Below, piece after piece: positions 26,373 to 39,264 of a stretch of 64,000 nucleotides of DNA. How positions within the stretch are numbered: position 1 is the stretch's first letter; every line of letters begins with the position of its first letter. The notes under the pieces were generated by a model. The model ran no database searches. It was given only the letters and a program-made list of their open reading frames with translations, and was not told the origin of the DNA. A program made the position numbers and the translations under genes. Source of the DNA: Camelus dromedarius (taxonomy: Eukaryota); assembly GCF_036321535.1 (NCBI RefSeq), contig NC_087437.1, positions 30,010,001 to 30,074,000 of the forward strand. Direction: 5' to 3'.

Positions 26373-29127
26373 CATAGCTACTGAAGATTTAATCCTTGTG
26401 GAGCTGACACTAAGACTTGGTCATTTAAAAAATATTAATTTATATTTTTCTTGCAAAGGCATTTCTAATGAATAAAGTTAGGAACGTCTGAATAAGAGAG
26501 ATAGTATTTTAAAAATATTCTAGTAATCTATGTATTTCCCTTCTATTCATCTAGGATAAATTCAGCTTTTCTCTTTTGGAAGAAGGGTTGAAGTGTATTT
26601 TTCTTTTCTTTTTCCCTTTAAAAGAAATATCCAAGAAAATCTCAGGATTATGCTCACTACATGTTAAATTTCAAAATGTATAACTGAATATATATAAACA
26701 ATACCTATTATTGCAATTTTTGAATAGAAATTTTGTACTGATACAAAATGCGGAAAGTTCCTGGACTTCTCATGCCTCTGTGCGTTGAAATGCACTCTCT
26801 ACCTCCCACTCATTCTGCAGGGTGAACTAGTATTCCTTTCAAAGCTCACAGTGAAAGCTGTGATTATTTTAGTTCTGTCTTCAGCAGACTTAAGTGTGCC
26901 TGTAGCATTTTTGCACAAACCACAGTAATTAATTATCTTGAGATACTGTAATTATCTGTGCCCTTCAGCCTTGGTGATTCCTGGGTTACTTGAGAGCAGG
27001 GGCTCTATCTTATTGCCTTTGAATATTAGTACCTAAGCTCTGGGCTCAATGAATGCTTTTTGAGTGAATAATACATACCCAGTCAAAAGTACCCACATAT
27101 TCTCTCCATACTACCTAAGACTGAGATGCAGTGATCTGACATAAACCCAAACCTTAGTGGGCCTAGGCATAGGTCAGATCTCATGCCTTCTTTAATTCTG
27201 GAATAGTAGGAGTCATTGAGCCTTAATTATTTCCTTGGTTCAATCATCTACTATCTCTGGACGTCTTATTAAACTTCAAAAAGCTATACCTTCTCCTACC
27301 TCATGGGAACAGTGGAAAATAAATAAGATCACATATAGAGAACCAGGATTTCTTATTAGAGAGCACATTATTATCATCACATCAAGCAAGCTCCTGGCGC
27401 TCTCTAGAGTGCTGAAAATTTTACTCTGAGAAGAAAAAAACAACTTGGAAAGATTTGCATTGTACCTGTGCTTTCTATTATTAAACAGTACACATCCTGT
27501 GAACCCCTGTGGTATGATTCTAGAAAAATGAAGCAAAAGATAAGACAAACAGTGAGAAAAATAAGCCTGAGCATTGTTTCTGTGGGGGACCAATGGTTTT
27601 TTTTTTTAAATAACTTGCCTCAAGGGGCAGAGGCATTTAAAATAAAGAAATAATATTGTTTTCCTATTTTGAGTTGGAGGAAAGTATGCTGATGTGTGAA
27701 CCACATACATTTTCTAATGACATGTACTTTTAAAAATACCACTGGTTTTTCAGGTTGTTTTGGAAAATTATGTGTCAGTTCATAACTTATTTGGAAAATC
27801 CCAATAATCCTATGTTATTTTACATTTTAAGGTATATTTTCATTTAGTTTTTCTTATCTATAAAATGAGTTGGAGAAAATAGCAACATTTCAAAATCTAT
27901 GGACTCTTATGAACTGTAATATGTGGGGAAAGTACCAACTTAGAATCCAAGTTTCCTTTTGTTTTTCCTGAGTGTGTATCAGGAGAATTTCAAACAGCCT
28001 CTCTCTGTCTTTGTCCCCATCTCTCTCTTTCTCTCCATTTTCCCACTGACTCAAAGCTCTTATTGCTGAGTTTTCTGAGTTTCTAAAGACTAGCGCATCC
28101 AACTAAATGTCTTACCTGAGGACTGATTGAGGAATGGCTTTCCAGTGACTTGGAAGCAGCGTTCAGAAAATTAACCATAGCAAGACCTGTGGAGCTGACA
28201 GGCAGGAACAGGGGCAGTGGGCCATAATTCATTACTTACTATCCCCTGACTCTATTCCACTCAACGTTATTGCCCTGAACTTGACTCCAAGCCATGTGAC
28301 CTGCAGGTTGACTCTACTAGCACAGAACAATGTCATTCATGGCCCAGAGGGGGAAGAGCAGAATTCTTCCGGATGAATTGGCCACTGTAAGGAAAACCAG
28401 GGCCACTGTTGAGCTAAACACTTCACAAATATAAATATACATTCCAATAAGGTGAAGGAACCACTTTGTATGAGGGCACTTCCTAGTGAGTGGGAGTGAG
28501 AGTTAACACAGGAGAGGAGGAAAAACAAATGAGTTTCCTCAGAGTTTCAAGAAAAGGTAACCACGAATAAAAAAATCTGGGAGTGTCTGAGCCTCAGATT
28601 CATTCAGTTAATTAATTATTATGGAGTATTAAGCTCATACTGGCCACTATACAAGATTCTGGGAGATAATAAACAGTTCAGTCATAATCTAGCAGAGATG
28701 ACACATAATTACAAAAACACACGATTAGAGACAGGGTAAATGCATTTAAAAGGGCAAAAATTATAGAACAATTGCCTATGCTGGGGACAGAGTCCATCCA
28801 AACTTACTGAAGTCACTTGGGAAATGGGTCCAAATCATCTTTGGAAAAGACCCTATTTCCTATGAGTCTTCCAGATCAGAGGTGAACATTGGGTCTGCTG
28901 GGATTATTATATATAAAAATCAAATATTTTGTAGATGTTTTAGTGCAGGCTGCAGCTCCCTAAGTTTGGGTTGGCACTAATCTTGGATTGGGAATGGGTA
29001 GGATGAAATTTGAGTTCTGAGTCTCTCTGATTTCTTCTTTATAATAACCTGATTTTGGCACTAATGGATGAGGGAAAAAATAAACTCTAGCTATTTAGAT
29101 AAGCTTTAAAATATAGATGCTATAGAG

Positions 29128-29331
29128 CAGTTCCATCCAATAGAACTGTTTGCAATGGTAGAAATGTTCAGTGACTTCACTCTCCAATGAAGTAGCCACT
29201 AGACACATGCAGTATTGAGCATTTGAGATGTGGCTGTTGACACGAGAAAATGATTTTTAAATTTTATCTGATTTTAATTAATTTAAGTCTAAGTTTAGCT
29301 ACATTTGGCTAGTGGCCACATTACTAGTGCA
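29128..29331. mobile_element. MER3-type hAT-Charlie element
   Basis: tccaatagaactgtttgcaatggtagaaatgttc...gtagccactagacacatg...gctacatttggctagtggc. Confidence 0.75.
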
Positions 29332-30654
29332 TTTTTAGACAACAGAAGATGTCCCAGAAAACAGATGAAATGGCCAATTTAGATTAACAACTAAATTCAC
29401 AAATATGAGTTACTCTAGAATACAACTGGAAGAACGTTTTACATACTGTAAAGCTTATGCCCAAATCTAAATGTTTTAAACATTCCAATTATACAGAAAT
29501 GCTGATGTTCATTGATTAGCATTAACTAGTCACCTGCCAGAGGCCTTATGGTAACTGTCTTCTAACTAATATTCCAAATCTCCAATAAGCAGTTTCTGTC
29601 TATTTTTCAAGCTGACTCCTCCATTTTCGCTTTGTAAAATAAGTAAGTACTTTTTCACACGTTGCAAGTCTGAAATATATTATCTTAGATCAGTAAGTCT
29701 ATAATTCACATATGTCAAACTATAATAAGGAAGAAATTCTAAAAGTTGGAATATTTTAGAGGAAAAGTGAGTGCTGGGAGACTAGCCTGCTAGGAAGCTA
29801 AAATGGACCTAAAGATACTGACCTAAAAAAGCAAGTAAAGAATACTCTCAAAGAACTGACTTATTCTTAAGAAGCGAATAGAAAAGTATATATATATAGA
29901 TAGGAGGTAGGTATTTGGGGAAATACCTTTAAAATCAGATTGCTTAGTAATTTCTAGAGCAAGACTAAAACCATGGATACCCCCAAAATTATATACTCTG
30001 TCAAGTAAAGGTAACATTCTCCAAACTTTGATGAAAATAGCCAAAAAACCAGAGTAGGAAAGCAGGAAATCATGTAAAAGTAATTTTTTGATAGGAAAAC
30101 ACAGCCAAGGGCTTCAAAATACTCATTTGATATTTGAAAGTTGTATATTTCTTGACTATTAATACTTTTCCCGTCCTTGGGCTCAGATAGGGGCAGCAAC
30201 TATCAAGAATTATAAATGTGCTAACGTGTGTCTAGTTTTGAGGAATTCTATAATGTTCTCACTAGAACATTTCATTCCAAGCAGATTTTTTAAAAGTGTT
30301 GCCCAGATGATTTTCAACTTATAAATTAAATTTAATTTTTTAGTTCAGATTAACCTCTAGTTCTTATTAGGGAATCTTTTAGTGTGAGACCAATGTAGCT
30401 TATTGTTACCTTTATTATATATTATTACACATTATATTATACATATATATTTATAAATCAGGTAACAAACACTAAAAAACAAAATCAAGGAGCTAATAAA
30501 CTGTCAAAGAGTGGAGGCCACATGTTATTGTTTCCATTTAGGAATTTATATTTTTATGATATAACTAAAAAAGTGTTCTTAATTATAAATATCTATGCTC
30601 AAATATATATGTGTGTATATATATATTCTCTTGTTTTGTGACTTTTTGAGAAAT

Positions 30655-30760
30655 AGATTTTTTTAATTTAAAAAATTTTATACAATTTTTAAAGGTTAGT
30701 TTCCATTTACATTTATTACAAAATATTGGCTATATTCCCCATCCTTGAGCTTATCTTACA
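30655..30760 (-). mobile_element. Short cetartiodactyl L1 3' end fragment
   Basis: T-rich tail followed by aatttttaaaggttagtttccatttacatttattacaaaatattggctatattcccc. Confidence 0.6.
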
Positions 30761-30764
30761 TCCC

Positions 30765-31462
30765 AAACTCACCACTTCCCATTTATTTTATTACATTTTG
30801 TTATCATATATGCTTTTGAGGTTATTTATATCTATTGTATCTGTACGTTGGAAATACTATACAGTGTGCTACTGCACATCTCCTCCTAACTCTGCATTCA
30901 GTGATGTTGCATTGGTATCTTGAAATCAGCCACAGTGTGAGTATTCATACCATGTAAGTTAGCAAATGCTACAAATCAGTGATTGATTTTTTTGTTTTAT
31001 TAATTGCCTGGACTTAAGAAAGTCATGTAGAAAATATTAATAAACCATATTAGAATTAAAAATGTGTCTTGTCCATAACCATTATGAAGATCACAGAAAA
31101 TTGAAAACTATTATCTCATTCAATAAGGTTTCTTATATCATTGACAAACAAAAGATAACATATGTTTTTGTTGTTTCACTTTCATCTTACTCATTAATGT
31201 ATGAGAATATTAACCAATATTCATATTAGGAATACATCTATTTGTCAATTGCAACTATAGGTTGGCTATGGATTTTAAATTTTGGCAAAAATCAGTGAAA
31301 GTGTTCTGTGAAAATCAAGTGGTTGTATGGGATTTACAATAAAGAGTAGTGTCCATTTTAGTATTACTTGTAACAAGATTGTATGCTACATATCCTTTAT
31401 ATCAGTAAAATTTATTATAAACCTGTATAGTTATATATCTAGGTTTATATTCACACCACTGG
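30765..31462. mobile_element. MER63-type hAT-Blackjack element
   Basis: aaactcaccacttccc...ctgcattcagtgatgttgcattggtatcttgaaatcagccac, ending cacaccactgg. Confidence 0.75.
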
Positions 31463-31904
31463 AATGTTAATCTCATTTCAATTTATTTATCCTTCAAAGC
31501 AGATGAAGACATCTTCTGTGACTGTCTAGAGGTAAGATAAGATTTGGCAATATATGTGAAAGTTCTTTATACATTGTGAAGTGATATAAAATAACAATTA
31601 AGATTATGATTAGGGAAGTTAAAGCACCTTTTTTCTTTTCATCCAGATTTTCTCAAAGGATTTAAAAAGGAAGAATTTTTACTTTCTGAATTAAAGACTC
31701 ACTGGGGAAGAAAGCTGCTTAATGGGGTTAGGTAAAATTGTGTCCATTTCATCCATCTATGATATTTTTCTTGTTTATTTTTATGGCCTTTTACCCTAAC
31801 CTAAAAAATATATCATTTAGAATGTTTATTTCTATTTGTATCTGAATTGAAATCATGGTTTCCCAGTATACACAACTGAGAACAGGAAGCCTTGGGTGTA
31901 ATTT

Positions 31905-31989
31905 AAAAAGAAAAAGAAAAAAGAACAGACAGGAAGAAAGTAGAAAGGAAGGAAGGAAGGAAGGAAAGAAGAAAGAAAGAAAGAAAGAA
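31905..31989 (+). repeat. Purine-rich (GGAA)/(GAAA) simple repeat
   Basis: Directly visible. Confidence 0.9.
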
Positions 31990-32771
31990 TAACCTTGAAG
32001 TATCATGGGGAAATGAGGTAAGCAGAACATAATTACTAAAATTGAAATTTGGCTGAAATGACAAGTTCAAAGGCCCAGGTATTTCCCTATATGCTCTTGG
32101 ATCTTAAATAATTAAAAGTGGCCGTGATTCATCTCATCAATGTACGAACTGACTCAGAGGAAGCAATGTCATTTGTCCAGAGATACAGTTATTAGCACTT
32201 CACTGACTTGGCCAACTGAAGAATGACTGGATCAAGTCAGTCCTGTTTAGTTCTCACCATTTCTTCAGATTAAAGAATGAAATGATGTCTCATCCCACTT
32301 ACAGAGCTGAACGTTATTCCAGTGGAAGTAAGAGGCAGAGGAAGGGATTAATTACAACTGGGGCAGTTCTCATTACTTTCTGAATTTGGTTTGTAAAATG
32401 AAAGTGGTGCTCAACCTAAGCTGCTCATTGGAATCAACATTTTAAAATACATTGAATACTAGAGCCAACCAGCTGAGATCCTCTTTTGGTTGGTTTGAAG
32501 TGGGGACTGAGTATTGATATTTCTTTAAAACATCTCATGTAGTTTTTATGTCCAGATGGAGTTGAGAATCACTGGCTGGATTTAGGATATTTTTCTTTAT
32601 TAGGTACTTCTCCAGAGATTAGGCTTATTAAACATAAGTCAAAGTTTGTATTTATAATGTAAATATCTTGTCAAATATTCAGGCTACAATGGTTTTTTTT
32701 CTCACCTTTGTACAAAACTATAATTCTCATGTAAAAGTGGAGTTTAAGTAACATTAAAAAGTGAATAAATG

Positions 32772-32912
32772 TGGTAGCTCACAGAGAAAAAGAATGTGAC
32801 AATGAATATATGTATGTTCATGTATAACTGAAAAATTGTGCTCTACACTGGAAATTGACACAACATTGTAAACTGATTATAACTCAATAAAAAATGTAAA
32901 AAAAAATAAAAA
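32772..32912 (+). mobile_element. Extremely 5'-truncated young L1 3' end
   Basis: Matches the 3' terminus of the L1 ending at 62132 (ggtagctcacagagaaaaa...). Perfect TSD GAATAAATG at 32763-32771 and 32913-32921. Confidence 0.88.
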
Positions 32913-35099
32913 GAATAAATGCTACTATAAAGTTTATATTTTGAAGACTAAAAAAAGTAAGCTATAACCTATCTTCTCCCATAAATGTTTAAAAATTGCC
33001 AATTATCACTTAGTGTAATAAATATCGTCTTTATAAACCAAAGGCTAGTTTTGAATTCCTCGTTTCTAATCATCCTGGAGCCTGTCTTGATCCTAAATCC
33101 CTCCTGAAACCTAACTTTCCATGTTGGAATCAAAATCCCCATAGAGTGTTTCCAGACTTGTTGGCAGCTTTCCTCTGGTCCAGAGTTAGACGGTCTCTTT
33201 GCTCAGGAAGACTGTTAGAGGTATTTGAAGGCATTGCCTGAGGTATATTTGTGGCACTATTGTTAAGAAGTCCTTGCCATTTGACACTCTGAGTTCTCTT
33301 TAGCAGAAAACAGGAAAGTAACTCCATCACAAACACCTAAGTCACCTCCACAATCCAACTGGAAACACAATTACTGTCACTGACATTTGTTCATTAATTC
33401 AACAGTACATCAGAGTCCCTACTATATGACATACATACATATCCAGAAGTTTCTCTGCTTGATGTTTTTATATTACTATAATCATATTCATGTGTAAATG
33501 GTTTCATGTATTTGAAATTAATTATATCACAATATTAAATTCTCGTAGTGCTCCTATAAGCTTACTAAGGGCAAGAAAAGTTATAATACTTGTCTTAGAT
33601 GATTTCATGAAATCTACAGTGGTTGTGCAAACGGACAATCTAGGGGATGGTCTTCATAGTCTCCCCAGTATTCTTCACTGATGCTTCCAAAGCCATGTCA
33701 ATAAATCTGCTCTCCAGTGGAAACCAGTGAGCTTACCACCGCTTAACACAACCAGTGAGTTAAGCACCACATTAAAGTCCTCTAGATGTCCCTCTTATAA
33801 GATTGTCATTCTGATGCTCTATCTATATAAAAATCCTGGAGTGTTTTACAGATAATCTTGAATGCCTTTGAGAGAAATTTAAAACTACTCAGTAGATTTG
33901 GGGAATCTATTTAGGATGTCTGTCTATCTTCCTCCTTCCTTTATTGTAAGATTATAGAGATGAGGGAATTATGCAAAGAAGATAGCCCTCGGAGTCTGAC
34001 AGATCTTTTCCTGGACCTGTTCTCTCCCATTTTGCATGGCTGAATCCTGCTTGTTCTTCAGGTCTCTATTTAAATAAATGCCTTACATTCTGGCAAGCCT
34101 TTCCCAGGTTTTCAGTTAGACATTCTTCTTATACCCTCTACACATTAAATACTCATTTATTTAATTTTTGTCTTCTATGTTAGGAATTAACGCCATGATG
34201 ACAGAGAGGATGCCTGTTTTGTTAAATGTTCTGTCACCAGCACCAAGCATAGTGCCTGACACCTGGTATGCATTCATTGAATAGCTGCTGAATGAATCAA
34301 CGAATGAATAACATAATAGTATCAAATGAGTGTGCTTATTGTGCATCACACACTGAAATTAGTACTTGGTATGCACTATCTTATCTAACCTTCACAGCAT
34401 CAGTTTTATTATTTTCCTGTATTATCTGTGAGGATACAGGAGGACAGAAAGGTAGAGGCAAGGCAACTTGGACGTGCCTGTTTCCCAAGCCCTTGCTCTA
34501 CCCACAGCATCCCTTAGAAACTAATCAGCGGTAGAGTGAAAACACGCTATAATCCATGATAAAAACAAAGAATATTAAATGTCATTGTGTTTAGAGTGAT
34601 GCCTGCTCCAAAATGAATGGATGTTGGTAAGATACTTCCTGGACTTTTACACTAAAATACTACTGAATTTCTGTTTCTTCACAGGATGATCCACATGTTT
34701 GAGCCCTCGTTTCACCACATAGAGCTGTCTGATTCATGGGAAGAGAGGGCTGGTTCAAAAGTTATCTTTCTTCGAAGGATGAAATGCAAACAGCAATTAG
34801 TTATTTTCTAAAATTCTTAAAAGTTTTTCCCCTTTTATTCCTATATGGCTTAGAACAGGTAACTATCACACATTGGTGACTTGATAGTAAGTGGTTTTAA
34901 TTTAGTGGTTGTTTCAAAACTGTTCTGGCTCTGCAGATAGTGCCAGTAAACGGGATTTAGGTTTCTAAATCATGGCTTAAGATACAGGAAAAATGGCTCT
35001 TGAATGGAGGGATATTCATGAAGGCAGAGTGTCTATGTTTGCCCAGAGGCAAGGCAGTGCTTTCCGATGATTCTCCTTGAAGGTATTTTTAAATATAAA

Positions 35100-37110
35100 G
35101 CAGATCATCTAGCGCATTTTTGCCTTGCTTTGCCAATAGTTTCACCTCACAGAGAGTACAGGGGGTAAAAAGGTTCAGTTTCTTAGATTCTAATTCTGAC
35201 CAACAAGGGGAAATTATTGGCAAAATTGGAAGAGCTGGACATATAAAGAGAAAAATGATTGTTAATTCCTAGAATACATACTATCTGGGAGAGAAAACTT
35301 GGACATAGTCATCTGTGTACCTTGAAACTTTCACAAGCCTAATTTGAAAAAATAAAACCACCAAAAAATAAACCCAGATATGAGCATCAGAATTACATTT
35401 CTGGCTATGTAATCATAAGTGATGCAGTTAAAGAAGAAAAGATTGCATCTTAAAAATTTAGTGCAGGTCAGGCTTAAGAGGACCTATAGAATAAATAACT
35501 CATCACCAAAGATGGAAAGATCAGTAGTTGGAAGGATAAATGAAGAAAATGATCTGCAGCTTGTGAAAATGCTCAGGGCAACAAAAAAGGCCTTTGGAAA
35601 CATGTTCAGGTCAGAAAATCAAAGAAAGGAGTGGGCCACTGCTTACAGCCAATGCCATCAAGTGAAGGGATGATGCAGAAAAAGCAGATATCCTCAGATC
35701 CTAATTTGCTTGTGTCCTTTGTAAAATAATTTTAAAATATATAAAAAAATACTTGAGAGGATAAAGGAAATACAATTTAAAGCAAGACATAAGAGAGAAA
35801 CATGCTACTGCAGTAGTGTAATATTTCTCCCTCAAAAGAATCACACTCAGAGTTACTAGGGAAAGGTGCTGTATAAACATGGCTTAAGCAAATGGGAAAT
35901 TGAACATTGGAAATGTGCAAATGTTTCTCATTTTTCAAATGAGAAGAAATGAAATTAACAAACTAGACAAGTGAAATTTATACCAATTCCTGGGAAGTTT
36001 CTAAGATTTACTGATGAAAGGAGAGTTTGAGAGCCAAGGGGGAAAAAAAAAGAAAAAAAGATTTAAGATGAAACAGTATGAGTTCACTAAGATGTCTTAT
36101 GAGACAAACTCCTTTCTTCCTCAGGGTTACTGGACTTAACTGCACATCCTACATGGTCTAAAAATGCATTGTCTGTATTCTCTCCCCTTTTTTCTTACTG
36201 AGGTGCAGCTGTTTGAAAGTCTGCTTCCTACATTTGGCTCTGAATAACCTGAAGGCAGGGAGCTTATATCTTTACATCCATAGTGTTTCTATTAGTAATA
36301 TTTATTGCATAAATTAACTAATTAATGGCATCACATAATATCTTAATAATATCCATGTGAACAAGAGAGGGTAAAGATATACTGATTGCAAGGGTAACTA
36401 AGGAGATTAATAACTATTGCAACCACAATGCTAAAGATATTTTTAAATAAACCAAACTAAATGAGGGGTTTGTTTCTAGTAGTGTACAGCAGGCCTCTTT
36501 CTTTGGCTCTGTCTTGCTTCACATTTTTAATCAACAGTTTGAATAAAAACATGAAGGATGACTTGTTAAGTCCATGGGTGATACAAATTTGGGAATTACA
36601 ATTTAGAAGTCAGATCTTAAAATCAGCATCTGAAAGCATTTTTTATAGCATTAGAAAAGGTTACTGAAAGTAATGGAAGAGTGGACTAAATGGAACAAGA
36701 CAAAACTGAACAGGGATGGCGAAATAATTGGGTCTAGACAACAGACAACAAAGGTGTAAAATGGCTAAGCAGCAGCATGAGCAGAAAGGGCTTAAGGGTG
36801 TCAGCTGATGTTAAAATCAGAGCAGGGTGATATGGCTGCTGAGTCAGTGAGTAACCTTCAGATGCATTAAGTGAAGTGTACTCATGGGGGAGGCTATAGT
36901 GCAAGTGGTAGAGCACATGCTTAGCATGCACAAGGTCCTGGGTTCAATCCCCAGTGTCTCCTCTAAAGATAAGTAAATGTAATTACCTCTCCCCTGCCAA
37001 AATAAATAAATAAATAAATAATAAGCTGAATAATTAAAGGAAAAAAGAATCAGCATTAAAAAAAAGAGAGAGAAGTATACTCATAGAGTGAAGAAGAAAG
37101 GACAACTTGA
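35100..37110 (+). mobile_element. L3/CR1 LINE fossil (EN end and RT region)
   Basis: Degenerate CR1 motifs in order: LDLILTN-like at about 35185, ANV.PIFKKG/NYRPVSLTSIPGK-like at about 35915-36000, QHGFTK-like at about 36075, SGVPQGSVLGPVLFNIFIND...FADDTKLG-like at about 36475-36595. Confidence 0.8.
36886..37071 (+). mobile_element. tRNA-derived camelid SINE (Vic-1-like)
   Basis: ggggaggctatagtgcaagtggtagagc (A box) ... gggttcaatccc (B box), A-rich tail. TSD gaagt(g/a)tactcat at 36873-36885 and 37072-37084. Confidence 0.9.
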
Positions 37111-37789
37111 ACGTCTGTTTGATTCTAGGCTTTACATGATTAAAGGGCTATGAGCTACTGTAAATTAATTTATCACGGGGAAAGCATAGATAAGGAAGGA
37201 TGGCAATGTGAAGAACTGGATAACCACATTTCATTAGCTTAACAGCAAGTGGGAGACGTAACAGAATGGTTCTGGGTGTGCCCAAGAGGCAGAAGCAGGG
37301 TGTGAGGAGAGGCCTCAGGCAATGGATGCTCATCAGAATCATCTAGACAAACTTTACTTACTTTTAACTTCTTTAAAATTGTGAAATGTAGCACATGTTC
37401 AAGACAGCATGAAGAATAAACAGAGAGTATAAAAGAGCATAATCACTCCCTAAGATCAGAAATGAACATTTCCAGCACCCAAGGGGACCCCGTGTGTACT
37501 TTGATGCTTACCCTCTTTCTAAAGACAAACACTGCTCAGACTTCTGTGATAATCACCTCCCAACTCTTCTTTGGGAGGAAGAGTTTGTATGTATCTTTAG
37601 TAAAAATGGCAAACCATTTTTGTATGTAACCCTAAACCATTTAATTTAGTTGTATCTGCTTTCAAGCTTTATTAAATGCAATCATTGAGTGTGTTCTCAT
37701 TTTCTGTTATATTTCTTTCATTATATTTGCAAAACTCATTCACATTTTATGCAGCTCTAATATGTTAAATTGCATTTTCTTTTTCTTGG

Positions 37790-38001
37790 TTAGGGATTGA
37801 AAAAGTTTTTGAGGGGCTTGAAGCTTATATTATTTGTGTTCGTTAAGAAAAAGGACAGAAAAGTCTTGTGTTCATTAATTTTATAAAAAACATATGTCCA
37901 TATGAGTACATTGCTAGGGCTCCTCCCAGCCTAGGAAGAGATCAGGGCAAGCAAAGTGCCTGAAGTTTAAGCGTCTTTGGCTTCATGAAAAATACACTCT
38001 G
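37790..38001. mobile_element. hAT-Tip100 (Zaphod/MER115-like) non-autonomous element
   Basis: ggggcttgaagcttata...acattgctagggctcctcccag...cctgaagtttaagc...gcttcatg. Family name from recall. Confidence 0.5.
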
Positions 38002-38130
38002 ATTGTGGTATTTTATTGTAAAAATATTCAGCAATTTATTTATCATTCTAATGTTGATGGACTTTTGGTGTATCCCTAAATACTGGTGCTATTACAAAAA
38101 GAGCTCCAGGAATATAAACATGTTCTAGGA

Positions 38131-38334
38131 TAGCACTGTTCAATAGCACCACAGTGATGGAAATCTTTGATATTTGTACTGTCTAATATGGTAGCCACTA
38201 GTAAAATCTGGATATTGAGCACTTTGAATGGGTAGTGCAACTGAGGAACTGAATTTTAAATTTAAAAAATTTAGAACTTAATTTAGATTTAAATAGCTAC
38301 ATGCAACTAGTGACTACTGTATTGGACAGTGCAA
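38131..38334. mobile_element. MER3-type hAT-Charlie element
   Basis: TIRs gcactgttcaata ... tattggacagtgc. 8-bp TSD-like ttctagg(a/g) at 38123-38130 and 38335-38342. Confidence 0.82.
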
Positions 38335-39264
38335 TTCTAGGGTGTATATCCAAGAATGGCATTGCTGGGGCCTAAGGCACGCAAATATTTAACTTTTTTA
38401 GCTACTGCCAAGCTGTTTTTAAAGTGGTTTTAACAGCTTACTCCACCGGCAATTACTCATATAGAGTTACTATTGTTCTATATTCCCCTCAATTCTTGGC
38501 ATTGTCAGATTTTTTTAATTTTAGCTGTTCCTGTGGGTGTGCAGTGGTCTCTGATTGCTATTTTTAAAAAGATTTCCATATTCTTAATGATGTGGTATAC
38601 CTTTATATATGTTTATGGCTATTTGGATTTTCTCTTATGTAAAGTACCCGTTTAAACCTTTGCTCATATACTATTTGGCTGTCTGTCATTTTCTTATTGA
38701 TTCATTGGTGTTCTTTATAAATTTCATATTTTAAGTATAAGATCTTTGTTGATGATGTGTTTTGCAAATGTCCACACACAGAAAGTTTTACAAAACATTG
38801 ATACCCGAATCTTAACTCCAAACCAATTAAATCAGAATTGCTGTGAGTGGGTTAAGGCATTTTTAAAGATTCCCCAGGTGATATTAATCTGCCTGTGTGA
38901 GGAGAATAGATTACAATATAGTGGAAGAAATGATTTGATAACCATCAAAACAGTCTCTCTGAAGCAGTTATGGTGGTGAATATGTGGACTGTCTCTGGAG
39001 TCTGATGGCCTGAGTTTGCTCCCAGGCTCTAATAGACTTTAGGCTTCATTTCTCTGTTCTTCATTTTTTTTCATCTGTAAAACTGGGTAATAATATCTAC
39101 TAGATAGTCCTTGTGAATACTAAGTGAGCAATGATACGTACTATGTGTGACACGTAGCAAGTGCTCTATAAGTATTAGATATTATAGTCATCATCATAAT
39201 CATCATCATCAAAAGATTAAATTAGCTGCTTTTATAAAGTAGTGAGAGTGAGAACCAGCATTTT

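Larger units (their letters stand above)
37360..38770 (-). mobile_element. Old L1ME/L1MC-like 3' fragments containing DNA transposon insertions
   Basis: Antisense L1 text (gaacatttccagcacccaag, gttgatggactttt, aagaatggcattgctggg, ctgccaagctgtttttaaagtggtt). Confidence 0.7.

Noticed and set aside
25677..26377. 232-aa and 204-aa ORFs (F/L/S-rich and K/E/R-rich)
   Set aside because: Artefacts of the purine microsatellite, which cannot contain stop codons.
36886..36960. tRNA gene (also 51370-51441)
   Set aside because: The A and B boxes belong to SINE heads with tails and TSDs, and the cloverleaf is degenerate.
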